Assembly: GCA_964510315.1 (NCBI GenBank)
Contig: CAZEAP010000004.1
Coordinates: forward strand, 67,092-131,091
DNA from: an uncultured candidatus Brocadiaceae bacterium
Lineage (GTDB): Bacteria > Planctomycetota > Brocadiia > SM23-32
Length of the DNA: 64,000 bases
Direction: 5' to 3'
Shown: in pieces, positions 1-9,250 of the stretch
Layout: each line of letters starts with the position of its first letter
Numbering within the stretch: position 1 is the first letter of the stretch
Notes under the pieces: model-generated
Database searches by the model: none
Told to the model about the DNA's origin: nothing
Seen by the model: only the letters and a program-made list of their open reading frames with translations
Translations under genes and position numbers: made by a program

Positions 1-1140
1 AGCACAGTTCTGGTGCGCGTCGACTTCAACGTGCCCCTCGACGACGAGACCGGGAAGATCACCAATGACCTGCGCATCCGTAAAGCCCTGCCCACCATCG
101 AGTTCGCCCGGGAACGCGGCGCAAAGCTCATCCTCATGAGCCACCTGGGCCGCCCGGGGGGAGAGCCCGACCCGAAGTTGAGTATGCGGAAGGTCGCCCG
201 CCGACTCGGCGAACTGCTGGGGGAGGAAGTGGCCTTCGCGCCGGACTGCGTCGGTGAGGAAGCCGAACAGGCCGTCGCCGGACTCGCCGAAGGAGAGCTG
301 CTGGTTCTGGAGAATACCCGGTTCCACCCGGAGGAGAAGGCCAACGACGCCGATTTCGCCGGGCAACTCGCGGCTCTCGCGGACATCTACATCAACGACG
401 CCTTCGGGACCGCCCACCGCGCCCATGCTTCCACCGCCGGAGTGGCCGAATACCTCCCCTCCGCGGCGGGGCTCCTCATCGAGAAAGAGATCGGTTATCT
501 CTCCCGCGCTGTGGAGGACCCCGGTTCGCCCTACGTTGCGATAATGGGCGGGGCAAAGGTCTCCGACAAGCTCCCGGCCATCCGGAACCTGCTGCCGAAG
601 GTGGATTTCCTGCTGGTCGGCGGGGCCATGGCCTATACCTTCCTCCAGCAGCAGGGCCTCTCCGTCGGGAACTCCATCGTGGAGGAGGACCTGTTGAAGG
701 ACGCCGGAGAGTTGCTCGCCGCTGATGGAGCCAAGATATGCCTGCCGGTCGACCACGTCTGCGCGCAGGAAATCGAAAGCGGCGCGGAGGTGCGCACCTT
801 CGAGGTGGAGATCCCGAACGGATGGATCGGGCTGGACATCGGTCCCCGGACGGCCGGAGCCTGGGCGGAAAAGATCGCCGGCGCTGAACTGGTCACCTGG
901 AACGGCCCGGTAGGCTACGCCGAGATCGAGGAGTTCGCCGAAGGAACCCGCCGGCTGGCCCGCGCCATGGCCGACTCCGAAGCCACCACCATCGTGGGCG
1001 GCGGCGAGACCGCCGAAGCGGTCGAAAAGATGGGACTGGCCGACCAGATGAGTCACGTCTCCACCGGGGGAGGGGCCGCACTGACCTTCCTCAGTGGCGA
1101 GGAACTCCCCGGCCTGACGGCCCTCCGTTCAGGAGCGTGA
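1..1140 (+). CDS. pgk: Phosphoglycerate kinase (5' end outside window)
   Basis: VRVDFNVP, SHLGRP, NDAFGTAHRAHAS, GGAKVSDK, HVSTGGGA motifs; frame open from base 1. Confidence 0.98.
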   Translation, partial: STVLVRVDFNVPLDDETGKITNDLRIRKALPTIEFARERGAKLILMSHLGRPGGEPDPKLSMRKVARRLGELLGEEVAFAPDCVGEEAEQAVAGLAEGELLVLENTRFHPEEKANDADFAGQLAALADIYINDAFGTAHRAHASTAGVAEYLPSAAGLLIEKEIGYLSRAVEDPGSPYVAIMGGAKVSDKLPAIRNLLPKVDFLLVGGAMAYTFLQQQGLSVGNSIVEEDLLKDAGELLAADGAKICLPVDHVCAQEIESGAEVRTFEVEIPNGWIGLDIGPRTAGAWAEKIAGAELVTWNGPVGYAEIEEFAEGTRRLARAMADSEATTIVGGGETAEAVEKMGLADQMSHVSTGGGAALTFLSGEELPGLTALRSGA

Positions 1141-1826
1141 CCGTGCAGATAAAGATCGCTCCGGGCATCCTGGACGCCGACCTGACCTGCCTGGCCGATT
1201 CGGTGGCCGAACTGGAGGCCGCCGGGGCGGACCTGCTGCACTTCGACGTGGCCGACGGGCACTTCGTTCCCAACATCATGTGCGGCCCTCGCCTGGTGGC
1301 CGCCGTTGCCGAATGCGCCGACATTCCCGTCGGCGTCCACCTGATGATCACCGATCCGCTGCGCTACGCGCCGGCTTTCGTGGAGGCCGGGGCGGACATC
1401 GTGCTTTTCCACGCCGAAGCGGTTGACGATCTTCCCGGAGCGGTGGAGGCCGTCCGGGACCTGGGCGCGGAGGTGGGCGTGGCGCTGAAGCCGGGCACGC
1501 CCCCCGAGGCCGTTCAGGAAGTGGCCGGCCGACTGGACTGCCTGATGGCAATGACCGTGGAGCCCGGCTTCAGCGGGCAGAGCTTCATGGAGTCCGGGTG
1601 CCGGAAGATACCCGTGTTGCGCAGGACCTTCGGATCGGGTACAGATATCTACGTGGACGGCGGCATCAACCCGGAGACAGGGGCGGTGGCCGTCCGCTAC
1701 GGAGCTAACGTGCTGGCGGCGGCCTCGGCCGTCTTCGATGCCGACCTGCCCCCCGGCGGTGCACTGAAACGGCTGCGCGACGCCGCCGTGGAAGCGCTGG
1801 AAAAAGGGCAATTGCCCGAGCACTGA
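1137..1826 (+). CDS. rpe: Ribulose-phosphate 3-epimerase
   Basis: LHFDVADGHFVPN, HLMI, MTVEPGFSGQ, VDGGIN; GTGA overlap with pgk stop. Confidence 0.96.
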   Translation: MTVQIKIAPGILDADLTCLADSVAELEAAGADLLHFDVADGHFVPNIMCGPRLVAAVAECADIPVGVHLMITDPLRYAPAFVEAGADIVLFHAEAVDDLPGAVEAVRDLGAEVGVALKPGTPPEAVQEVAGRLDCLMAMTVEPGFSGQSFMESGCRKIPVLRRTFGSGTDIYVDGGINPETGAVAVRYGANVLAAASAVFDADLPPGGALKRLRDAAVEALEKGQLPEH

Positions 1827-1846
1827 AAACTCAGCATCTCCCCCAC

Positions 1847-2659
1847 ATGCTGCATCCAAACCGGAAGAAAAAGGACATGCCCGACGGGCTGTTCGTCAAG
1901 TGCGGCGGCTGCGGGGAGATGGTCTATCGCAAGAACGTGGAGGAGCTGCTCCAGGTCTGCCCCGAGTGCGGCTATCACTTCCGCATCGGCGCGAGGGAGC
2001 GGGTGGAACTCCACGCCGACGAGGGCTCTTTCGCGGAGTTCGACGGCGACCTGCTGCCCTGCGATCCCCTGAACTTCGTCGCCGCCAAGGCATACGACGA
2101 CCAGCTCGAGGGCTACACCGAGAAGAGCGGCCTGAACGAGGCGGCCGTCTGCGGCACCTGCCGAATTGAGGGGCACCCCGCGGTGCTGGTGACGATGGAC
2201 TTCCGCTTCAGCGGGGGCAGCATGGGCAGCGTGGTGGGCGAGAAGGTGACCCGGGCGGTGGAGCGGGCCATGGAGCGGGATTTGCCCCTGGTGACCGCGG
2301 CGGCATCCGGGGGGGCCCGGATGCAGGAGAACGCCCTCTCGCTGATGCAGATGGTCAAAACCTGCGCCGCTCTGGAACGCTTCGACGCGGCCGGGGGCGT
2401 TTACCTCAGCGTCATGACCCATCCGACCACCGGCGGCGTCTGGGCGAGCTGGGCGGCAATGGGGGACGTCCTTATCGCCGAGCCCGGCGCCACTATCCGG
2501 TTCGCGGGCCCGCGCGTACTCCAGGAGACGATCAAGGGCGAGCTGCCCGAGGGATTTGCCACCGCCGAGTTTCTGCTCGAGCACGGTTTCATTGACCTTG
2601 TGGTGGAGCGGAAGGACCTTACCGGCACCATCGGGCGTCTGATCGAATACCTGACGTGA
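1847..2659 (+). CDS. accD: Acetyl-CoA carboxylase carboxyltransferase beta subunit
   Basis: N-terminal CxxC-x15-CxxC zinc finger, GGSMGSVVGEK, SGGARMQE, PTTGGVWAS. Confidence 0.95.
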   Translation: MLHPNRKKKDMPDGLFVKCGGCGEMVYRKNVEELLQVCPECGYHFRIGARERVELHADEGSFAEFDGDLLPCDPLNFVAAKAYDDQLEGYTEKSGLNEAAVCGTCRIEGHPAVLVTMDFRFSGGSMGSVVGEKVTRAVERAMERDLPLVTAAASGGARMQENALSLMQMVKTCAALERFDAAGGVYLSVMTHPTTGGVWASWAAMGDVLIAEPGATIRFAGPRVLQETIKGELPEGFATAEFLLEHGFIDLVVERKDLTGTIGRLIEYLT

Positions 2660-2683
2660 GCCCCGGCCCGGCCCCCGCCCGAC

Positions 2684-2712
2684 TTGACAGGTGGCGCGCT
2701 CCGGCGTAGTTT
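2684..2712 (+). promoter_or_regulatory. Sigma70-type promoter for sugar phosphate isomerase gene
   Basis: TTGACA (2684-2689), 17-nt spacer, TAGTTT (2707-2712). Confidence 0.6.
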
Positions 2713-2761
2713 GGCAGATACACACCCGGACAATTACCCCGCGGAGAAGCGAGGAGATCAA

Positions 2762-3598
2762 ATGTACTTTTCGGGCATCGCTGATGAGGCGGGCGAAGAC
2801 ATCCAGACCCAGATAAGGGCGCAGAAGGCCCTTGGCTGGCATCACATCGAACTGCGAAACATCGATGCTGTCAGCGTGGCCGACCTGTCCGATCGCGTCT
2901 TCGACGAAGTGGCCGAGCGCCTCAGCGAGGCCGGCCTGGCCATCTCCTGCTTCGCCTCCCAGCTCTGCAACTGGTCGCGCCCCATCATCAAGAGCCCGGA
3001 GATCGACCGGCACGAGCTGGAGCGGGCCATTCCCCGGATGCAGCGGGTCGGCTGCCGCTACATCCGCACCATGAGCTACCCCAACGCCGGCTGGCCGGCG
3101 GACGAGTGGCGAGAGGAAGCCCTGGCCCGACTCACCATGCTGGCCCGCATTGCAGAGGACGGGGGCGTGTGCCTGGCCCACGAGAACTGCAACGGCTGGG
3201 GAGGACTCGGCCCCGAGCAGTCCCTCCGCATGCTGGAGAGCGTGGACTCCCCCGCTCTCAAGTTGCTGTGGGACACCGGGAACCCCGTCTCTCACGGGCA
3301 GGACCCATGGGAATACTACGAGGCCGTCAAGGAGCACGTCGTCTACGTGCACATCAAGGACGGAGTGCAGGAGAATGGACAAACGCGCTACACCTACCCC
3401 GGCGAAGGAGAGGGAAGGGTGGCGGACGTGCTGAGGGACCTGATCGAGCGAGGCTACGAGGGCTGCGTCTCCATCGAGCCCCACCTGGCAGCCGTCGTGC
3501 ACGAGGGCAAAGGGGCTTCGGAGGCGGAGAGCGCTTACGAGTGTTACGTCGAGTACGGCCGCCGCCTTGTGGACCTGGTCGATAAGGTGAAACAGTAA
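2762..3598 (+). CDS. Sugar phosphate isomerase/epimerase (xylose isomerase-like TIM barrel)
   Basis: HEN, WDTGN, YVHIKD, SIEPH metal-binding pattern; GGAG RBS before ATG 2762. Confidence 0.88.
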   Translation: MYFSGIADEAGEDIQTQIRAQKALGWHHIELRNIDAVSVADLSDRVFDEVAERLSEAGLAISCFASQLCNWSRPIIKSPEIDRHELERAIPRMQRVGCRYIRTMSYPNAGWPADEWREEALARLTMLARIAEDGGVCLAHENCNGWGGLGPEQSLRMLESVDSPALKLLWDTGNPVSHGQDPWEYYEAVKEHVVYVHIKDGVQENGQTRYTYPGEGEGRVADVLRDLIERGYEGCVSIEPHLAAVVHEGKGASEAESAYECYVEYGRRLVDLVDKVKQ

Positions 3599-3689
3599 AG
3601 CCCCGCACCGGCGCAGGCATCTGGCGGGGCTCAGGCAACTTGCGCGGCCATGTCACTACTCCAAGGGGGTTCCAGAGCGGAGGCTTCCG

Positions 3690-4586
3690 ATGCTGTCCAG
3701 CGTTGACCCGATAGGGAAGATTCAGCAGATCTACAGGGAGGGAGAGCGCCCCGTTCCCTACCCCATCTTCATGAGCGTGTTCAATGAGCTTCTAATCGAC
3801 GAGGTGGAAGTCGAGCCCAAAAAACCTTCCGAGGAGCTGAAGGAGAAGTTTCGGGCCGTCTGCATGGCCGTCCACGCCGGCGTTGCCGACCCGCTTGACC
3901 GGGGCGACCAACGGATCGAGGAGTTCTACGAGAAGATTCATCCCGTCTGGAAAGATGCGTTGGCCTCGGAGGAGTTCCAGAAATACGACCATATCCTGGC
4001 GGGCAAAATGCGGCAGAAGTTCCAGGGCAAGGCCGGCTCCGAAGAGGAGCAAGAAGTCCAGGCGGCTCCCGCCGGCTCTGAGAAGCTGTTCGAAAAGCTC
4101 GGCCTGGCCGAGGGTGCCGAAGCCGCCGCCGAGGAAGCCGCGCCGGCGCCCGGCGTGTCGCGTTTCGACACCATGGGGGAACTCGTCGCTGCCGCAAAAG
4201 AGGGTGAGCCACCTATCGACTTCGCTCCCCGTGGAGCCGAACGCGTCTGGGCACGATACGCCATCGAAGACCACGAGGTGGAAATCCGGCTCGCCCGCGC
4301 TGAGGAGAAACTTTACGTCGTGCTCCGGACCGACGTTGGCTACGATGCAATACCCGAGGCCGAAGTGCGGGTCACCGACTATGCGGCCGCCATGGGCTAC
4401 GTGCGTGCCATTGGCTTAACCTACCTCCGGCAGGACGATGACCTGGTCTGTACCCTGAAGGTCGCGCAGGACAGCCTCAGCATCGCATCCGGTCTCCCCG
4501 CCGATAGCTCCGATGAGGACGTGTTGGTCCAACTTCAAAGGTCGCATCGCGAACTCGGTGAACTCGTGGAGAACCTGGGAGGCTGA
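3690..4586 (+). CDS. Hypothetical protein
   Basis: 298-aa ORF with GGAGG RBS and coding-like codon use; no family recognised. Confidence 0.75.
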   Translation: MLSSVDPIGKIQQIYREGERPVPYPIFMSVFNELLIDEVEVEPKKPSEELKEKFRAVCMAVHAGVADPLDRGDQRIEEFYEKIHPVWKDALASEEFQKYDHILAGKMRQKFQGKAGSEEEQEVQAAPAGSEKLFEKLGLAEGAEAAAEEAAPAPGVSRFDTMGELVAAAKEGEPPIDFAPRGAERVWARYAIEDHEVEIRLARAEEKLYVVLRTDVGYDAIPEAEVRVTDYAAAMGYVRAIGLTYLRQDDDLVCTLKVAQDSLSIASGLPADSSDEDVLVQLQRSHRELGELVENLGG

Positions 4587-4636
4587 GGCCCGGCCGCCCG
4601 CACGCCACTCAACTCCCCTTTCGCTGGAAGCAACCC

Positions 4637-5914
4637 ATGCCCTCGCGCGTGAGCATAATATCAACCGGCCAGGAGCTGGTCCTCGGGCGCACGCCGGACA
4701 CCAACGCCGCTTTCCTGGCCTCCGAACTGTCCGGCAGGGGATTCGAGGTGCTCCGCCTGGCGGCCGTCGGCGACACGCCCGGCGCCCTGCGGGCGGAGCT
4801 GCTGCACTGCATGCAGGAGGGCGACCTGGTGATTGTCACCGGCGGCCTGGGCCCTACAGGTGACGACCACACCTGCCAGGAGGTGGCCGACGCGCTCGAC
4901 CGTGAATTGGTGATGGACCAGGAGGCCCGCCGGGCCCTGACCGATCGACTCGAGCGTATCGGCGTTCAGGTCACCGCCGCTCAACTGAACCAGGCCCGCT
5001 TCCCGGCCGGGGCGAGCACCTTCCCGAATCCGCGGGGCACGGCGCGGGGATTTGCCTGCGCCGCCGACGACACCCGGGTCGTGGTCATGCCCGGGGTGCC
5101 CTCCGAGATGAAGGCCATGTTCGGCGCGAGCGTGCTCCCGTTCCTCACCGCGAAGTTCGGCTCCGAACCCGCCGTTGCCTCCGAGTCGGTCCACATCTTC
5201 CCCATCTCCGAACCGGAGGCCGACCGGCGGCTGGAGGGGATGACGGAGGCCGGCCGGAACCCGTCGGTCGGCATAACCGTGCGCGACGGGGTGATTACGA
5301 TCGGCCTGCGGGCCGTCGGCGACCATGGTGAACACGCGGAGGAACTGCTCGAACGGGACCTGGAGTTCCTCGAGGACCGTTTTGGTGACCTGATCTTCGG
5401 ACGCGGGGAGACTACGCTGGCCGGCGCTCTCAGCCGGGAGCTGGAGCGGGCCGGGCGGACCGTAGCCGTTGCCGAGTCGATCACCGGGGGGCTCATCGGC
5501 CACATGCTGGTGAACGTGCCCGGGATATCGCGCTTCTTCCTGCTGGACGTGGTCGCATATTCCAATGACGCGAAAGTCCGGCAACTGGAGGTGCCCCGCG
5601 CCGAGATCGAGCGGCACGGCGCCGTAAGTCCCGAGGTCGCCGAGTCCATGGCTCGGGGCGCCTGCGCCGCCGCGGATGCGCAACTCGCTCTGAGCACCAC
5701 CGGTATCGCCGGACCCACCGGCGCCACCCCTCAGAAGCCCGTAGGACTGGTTTATTTCGGGGTCTGCCTGGAAGGGGAGGTCAGGGCCCTTAAGCTCAAC
5801 ATCCGGGGCGACCGCCGGCGGGTGAAGGATCGCGCGGCGAAGCACGCCCTGAACATGGGTCGCCTGGCGCTGCAGAATGGGGTAGACTTTCTGGAACAGT
5901 ACCCTAAAATATAG
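4637..5914 (+). CDS. cinA: CinA family protein (molybdopterin-binding domain plus NMN deamidase domain)
   Basis: GQEL..G...DTNA, TGGLGPT.DD, PGVPSEM, AESITGG, STTGIAGP. Confidence 0.93.
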   Translation: MPSRVSIISTGQELVLGRTPDTNAAFLASELSGRGFEVLRLAAVGDTPGALRAELLHCMQEGDLVIVTGGLGPTGDDHTCQEVADALDRELVMDQEARRALTDRLERIGVQVTAAQLNQARFPAGASTFPNPRGTARGFACAADDTRVVVMPGVPSEMKAMFGASVLPFLTAKFGSEPAVASESVHIFPISEPEADRRLEGMTEAGRNPSVGITVRDGVITIGLRAVGDHGEHAEELLERDLEFLEDRFGDLIFGRGETTLAGALSRELERAGRTVAVAESITGGLIGHMLVNVPGISRFFLLDVVAYSNDAKVRQLEVPRAEIERHGAVSPEVAESMARGACAAADAQLALSTTGIAGPTGATPQKPVGLVYFGVCLEGEVRALKLNIRGDRRRVKDRAAKHALNMGRLALQNGVDFLEQYPKI

Positions 5915-6017
5915 AGGCCCGCGAGACAACCGTTTTTGGCATGGCTGGAAGGACACCGGCCCCGCCCGTCGGTCGGCGGGCCGATATGGCCGAATCCGGC
6001 ACGAAAGGAATCCTGCG

Positions 6018-6671
6018 ATGGCGGCGGAAGAAAAGGACGACGGGTACGTCCGTTTCTACTGCGACTCCTGCGGCAAAAGGCTGAAGATAAAGAACACCTA
6101 CGACGGGGGGCACGTGGTGCGGTGCCCGAGCTGCGGCCAGCAGGTGAACGTGCCCCTGGCCAACATACAGGCGGTCGCTGACGCAACCCTCATGGACGAG
6201 ACCGGCAAGCCGGGGCAGCTCCAGCTCGACCCGGAAAAGCTGATGGAACGTCTGCGGGGAAGTGACACCGAGCGCGATGGGCCCGGTTCTCCCGGCTCGA
6301 CCCCCTCCCTGAGGGAGGGCCCGTGGTCGGCTGAGAAGGCCTTCGGGCGCATGGAAGAGCTGGATCACCTGATGGAGGCCGTCGTCAGAACCGAACAGGA
6401 GGCACTCGGGGACCTCCAGCGGCTCTATCGCAAGACGGACCTGAACCCCAGTCAGCGTGCCCAGTACGTCAGAGACGCCGGCGAACATCGAAGGAATCGG
6501 CTGAAGGAACTGGTCCAGAACCGCATCCAGGCGGTCAAGCAGGAAGTCCGTTCCATGGAGCCGAGGCACGAGAACCTCAACAAAAGCGAACTGAGACACC
6601 TGAAACGGCTCAGGAAAACCCTGGAAGCCATGCGCTTCTACAGCCGCTTCGTCCTGAGGATCGAGTTTTGA
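6018..6671 (+). CDS. Hypothetical protein with N-terminal zinc ribbon
   Basis: CDSC...CPSC followed by helical, charged C-terminus. Confidence 0.75.
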   Translation: MAAEEKDDGYVRFYCDSCGKRLKIKNTYDGGHVVRCPSCGQQVNVPLANIQAVADATLMDETGKPGQLQLDPEKLMERLRGSDTERDGPGSPGSTPSLREGPWSAEKAFGRMEELDHLMEAVVRTEQEALGDLQRLYRKTDLNPSQRAQYVRDAGEHRRNRLKELVQNRIQAVKQEVRSMEPRHENLNKSELRHLKRLRKTLEAMRFYSRFVLRIEF

Positions 6672-6797
6672 GTTTCCAGGGAGCGCGGGGGCGCCCCTCG
6701 TCGCGGCTTTCATTCGTTGCCGCACACGCCCAGATGAGTTACCATCGGGCATCCGCGGTTTAGCGATTTTCGAGTCCGGGTACTCTTGGAGGAATCC

Positions 6798-7679
6798 ATG
6801 AACTTCTGGGAATACGTGCTCCACGTTCACAGGACGGGTGACTGGCAGAGTCTGGTCCTCTTCTGGGGGCCCATCGTGGCCTTCGTTCTGTTCGTCTGGC
6901 TTCTGCTCCGCCTGGCCCGTAGCCGCCGGCTTGCTTCGAGGGCTCACGAGATGATGCGGGACATGCTCGAGGAGGTGCGGGGGCTCAACGAGGAGTTGAC
7001 CGAACTGGAACGCCGCATGGAGAGGCGGCTGGATACCCGGGCCGGGGAACTGGACGAGCGAATGACCAAGAAACTGGACAAACGCAGCGACCTGCTGCAG
7101 GAGCGCATCGAGGAGCGCGTCGGCTCACTTACCGATTCGATCAGCGCCCTCGACGGCCGAGTCACCCGGGCCGACGACCAGATAGACGCCTTCCGGGCCA
7201 AGCTGGAAGACGTCGAGGCCCGCATCCCCAACCTCTTCGACAAGCTGGAGGAGTTCCGGGGCACTCTCGGCCGAAGCTTCCGCGCCGAACTCTCCAGCGT
7301 GCTGAACTCCTTCGACAATTCCCTGGCGGCCGTCCTCCAGCAGATGAAGAGCGACCTGGAGGTCGGGATCGACCGGATTGAGAGCATCGAGGGCATGGTC
7401 CGCAGCAGGGAACAAGCGGAACAGAGCCTGCTCACGACCGGCGAGCCCCCTGAAGTGCCGGCACCCTCCGAAACCGAAGAAGAAGAGTTCGAAGAGTGGG
7501 AGAAAGAGGCGAAGGAGCTTGCCGAAGGGCCCGAGGAGACGGCCCTCGATGAAGAGCTGACGAGCATGGCGGAGGCCCCCGAGGAAAAGCCCGAGGCGGA
7601 GGAAGAAATCGAGGACTACCCCGGTGAACTCGGAGAGGTGCCCGAGCCGTTCGAGGAGGAAGAGGAGGAAGAGGAATAG
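6798..7679 (+). CDS. Membrane-anchored coiled-coil protein with acidic tail
   Basis: One hydrophobic segment (LVLFWGPIVAFVLFVWLLL), long heptad-like helix, poly-Glu C-terminus. Confidence 0.75.
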   Translation: MNFWEYVLHVHRTGDWQSLVLFWGPIVAFVLFVWLLLRLARSRRLASRAHEMMRDMLEEVRGLNEELTELERRMERRLDTRAGELDERMTKKLDKRSDLLQERIEERVGSLTDSISALDGRVTRADDQIDAFRAKLEDVEARIPNLFDKLEEFRGTLGRSFRAELSSVLNSFDNSLAAVLQQMKSDLEVGIDRIESIEGMVRSREQAEQSLLTTGEPPEVPAPSETEEEEFEEWEKEAKELAEGPEETALDEELTSMAEAPEEKPEAEEEIEDYPGELGEVPEPFEEEEEEEE

Positions 7680-7724
7680 GGGGCCCTGTGCACTGAACCG
7701 AACGAAGAGATTCCCGCCACAAGC

Positions 7725-7975
7725 CGGGACCGTGGCGCGGGCATCCCTGCCCGCAGTGGGGGGGGGCATCCTGCCCCCGCTTTGCTCCCTCCCAGCAGGA
7801 AATGGCCGGGCCAGGATGGCCGTACATGTTCAGCGTCGGCGCCGCGGAGCGGCGCGGTCGTGCAGGCCGGGGCACGCCCCGGCGCGTAAACTTCAGCCCC
7901 GGTGCTGGGCCGGATAAGCCGCTAACCAGGGCTAAAGCCCCGGCCTCCATCACAGGGCCCCTGCGGGGCCGATCG
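7725..7975. repeat. Degenerate REP-like palindrome cluster between convergent genes
   Basis: CGTGGCGCGGGCATCCCTGC (7731-7750) is the near reverse complement of 47670-47689; CCGGGGCACGCCCCGG, CCAGGGCTAAAGCCCCGG and GCCCCTGCGGGGC resemble hairpins at 47-49 kb. Confidence 0.55.
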
Positions 7976-8202
7976 GGTTCCGGTAGGCTGGCGGACATTT
8001 GGGAGCCCGTTGGTCGCTGACCTCCTGGCTCGCACAAATAGTCAAACGCAACGAGACGGCACCGCTCGACAGCACGCTAAACACGTACAAGCCCGCCTGT
8101 GGCGCACCAGCTTCGCTCGCCAAGGATGCGCTCGCCCAGAACGACAGCGGGGGCCGATGCTCGGGCGGACCGGGCATGGTTTTTATAGAGCAACCGCGGA
8201 CT

Positions 8203-9084
8203 TCAGCCGCCGGGGGGCCCGGGGCTCAGCCGCGCCAGGGTCTCGAAGTCTTCGACCGTCAGCTCCTCGACCCTCGTCCGCGCCTGTCCCGACCATCCCC
8301 GCAGCATGCGTTGGGCCGTCGGGCGGTCCCAGGCCAGGCTCAGCGCCTTCCTCACCGTCTTGCGGCGGTAGTTGAAGACGGACCGCACCGCGGCGGCGAA
8401 CGCCTCGTAGTCCTCGCCACGCCGTCGCCGGGGCCGCCGGATCAGCTCGACAACGGTCGAGGAGACGCCCGGCTTCGGCCAGAAGGCCTGCGGCGGCAGG
8501 GAGAACAGCTCCCTCACCTCCGCCCAGTAGCGCACGAACACTGTCAGGGGACCGTAGTCCTTGGTTCCCGCCTCGGCCGTCATGCGCTGGCCGACTTCCC
8601 GCTGGAGGGTAAGGACCATCCTTTCCGGCCGCAGTTCCCACTCCAATAGATTGACCACCGCCGGCGAGCTGATGCTGTAGGGCAGGTTGCTCACGACCGC
8701 GGGCGGTGGCTCGGCCTCCCCCGGGGCGGCCGCAAGTGCCTCGGTGACCCGGGGATTGATCCGGTGCTTGCTCTCCAGGAAGTCACACCGCAGGACCGTC
8801 ACGTTGGGATACTCCCCCAGGCGTTCTCGGGCGATCGCGTGGAGCCGTCGGTCGATCTCCACCGTCACCACCCGCCCGGCCCGCCGGGCCAGCCGGGCCG
8901 TGAGCCGGGCGAGCCCGGTGCCGACCTCCAGTACGGCTTCCCGCGGACCGAGGTCGGCGGCCGCGACGATCTTCTCCATGGCCTCGGAGTCCACCAGGAA
9001 GTGCTGCCCCAGGGACTTCTTCGCCCAGACCTCCCGTTCCTTCAGCACCTCCCGCGGATGCCGCTGTTCCCACCCCTCGCGCAT
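8203..9084 (-). CDS. rsmA: 16S rRNA adenine dimethyltransferase (KsgA/RsmA)
   Basis: KKSLGQHFL, LEVGTGLA, VSNLPYSIS, F.P.P.V.S; start taken at ATG 9084. Confidence 0.96.
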   Translation of the reverse strand: MREGWEQRHPREVLKEREVWAKKSLGQHFLVDSEAMEKIVAAADLGPREAVLEVGTGLARLTARLARRAGRVVTVEIDRRLHAIARERLGEYPNVTVLRCDFLESKHRINPRVTEALAAAPGEAEPPPAVVSNLPYSISSPAVVNLLEWELRPERMVLTLQREVGQRMTAEAGTKDYGPLTVFVRYWAEVRELFSLPPQAFWPKPGVSSTVVELIRRPRRRRGEDYEAFAAAVRSVFNYRRKTVRKALSLAWDRPTAQRMLRGWSGQARTRVEELTVEDFETLARLSPGPPGG

Positions 9085-9192
9085 GTGTCCTCCTGGAGCA
9101 TCTCCCGCTTCCTGCCGACTCTCCGCCGGGACCGCCGGCGAATGTACGGCACGCCGTCCGCGTGCGCAACCACCGGCGGGGGAGTCGACATG

Positions 9193-9221
9193 TTGCGGCC
9201 GGCGCGGCCCCGTTTTAGAAT
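9193..9221 (+). promoter_or_regulatory. Possible sigma70 promoter for glycosyltransferase-vWA operon
   Basis: TTGCGG (9193-9198), 17-nt spacer, TAGAAT (9216-9221). Confidence 0.45.
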
Positions 9222-9250
9222 GCCTACCTCGCTTGGCGGAGAGCCTGCTC

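Noticed and set aside
8687-9250. Long N-terminal extensions in the ORF track (glycosyltransferase; also rsmA, truA, proS, ferredoxin-like, iorA)
   Set aside because: They overlap neighbouring genes or promoters; downstream starts with RBS and family-typical N-termini fit better
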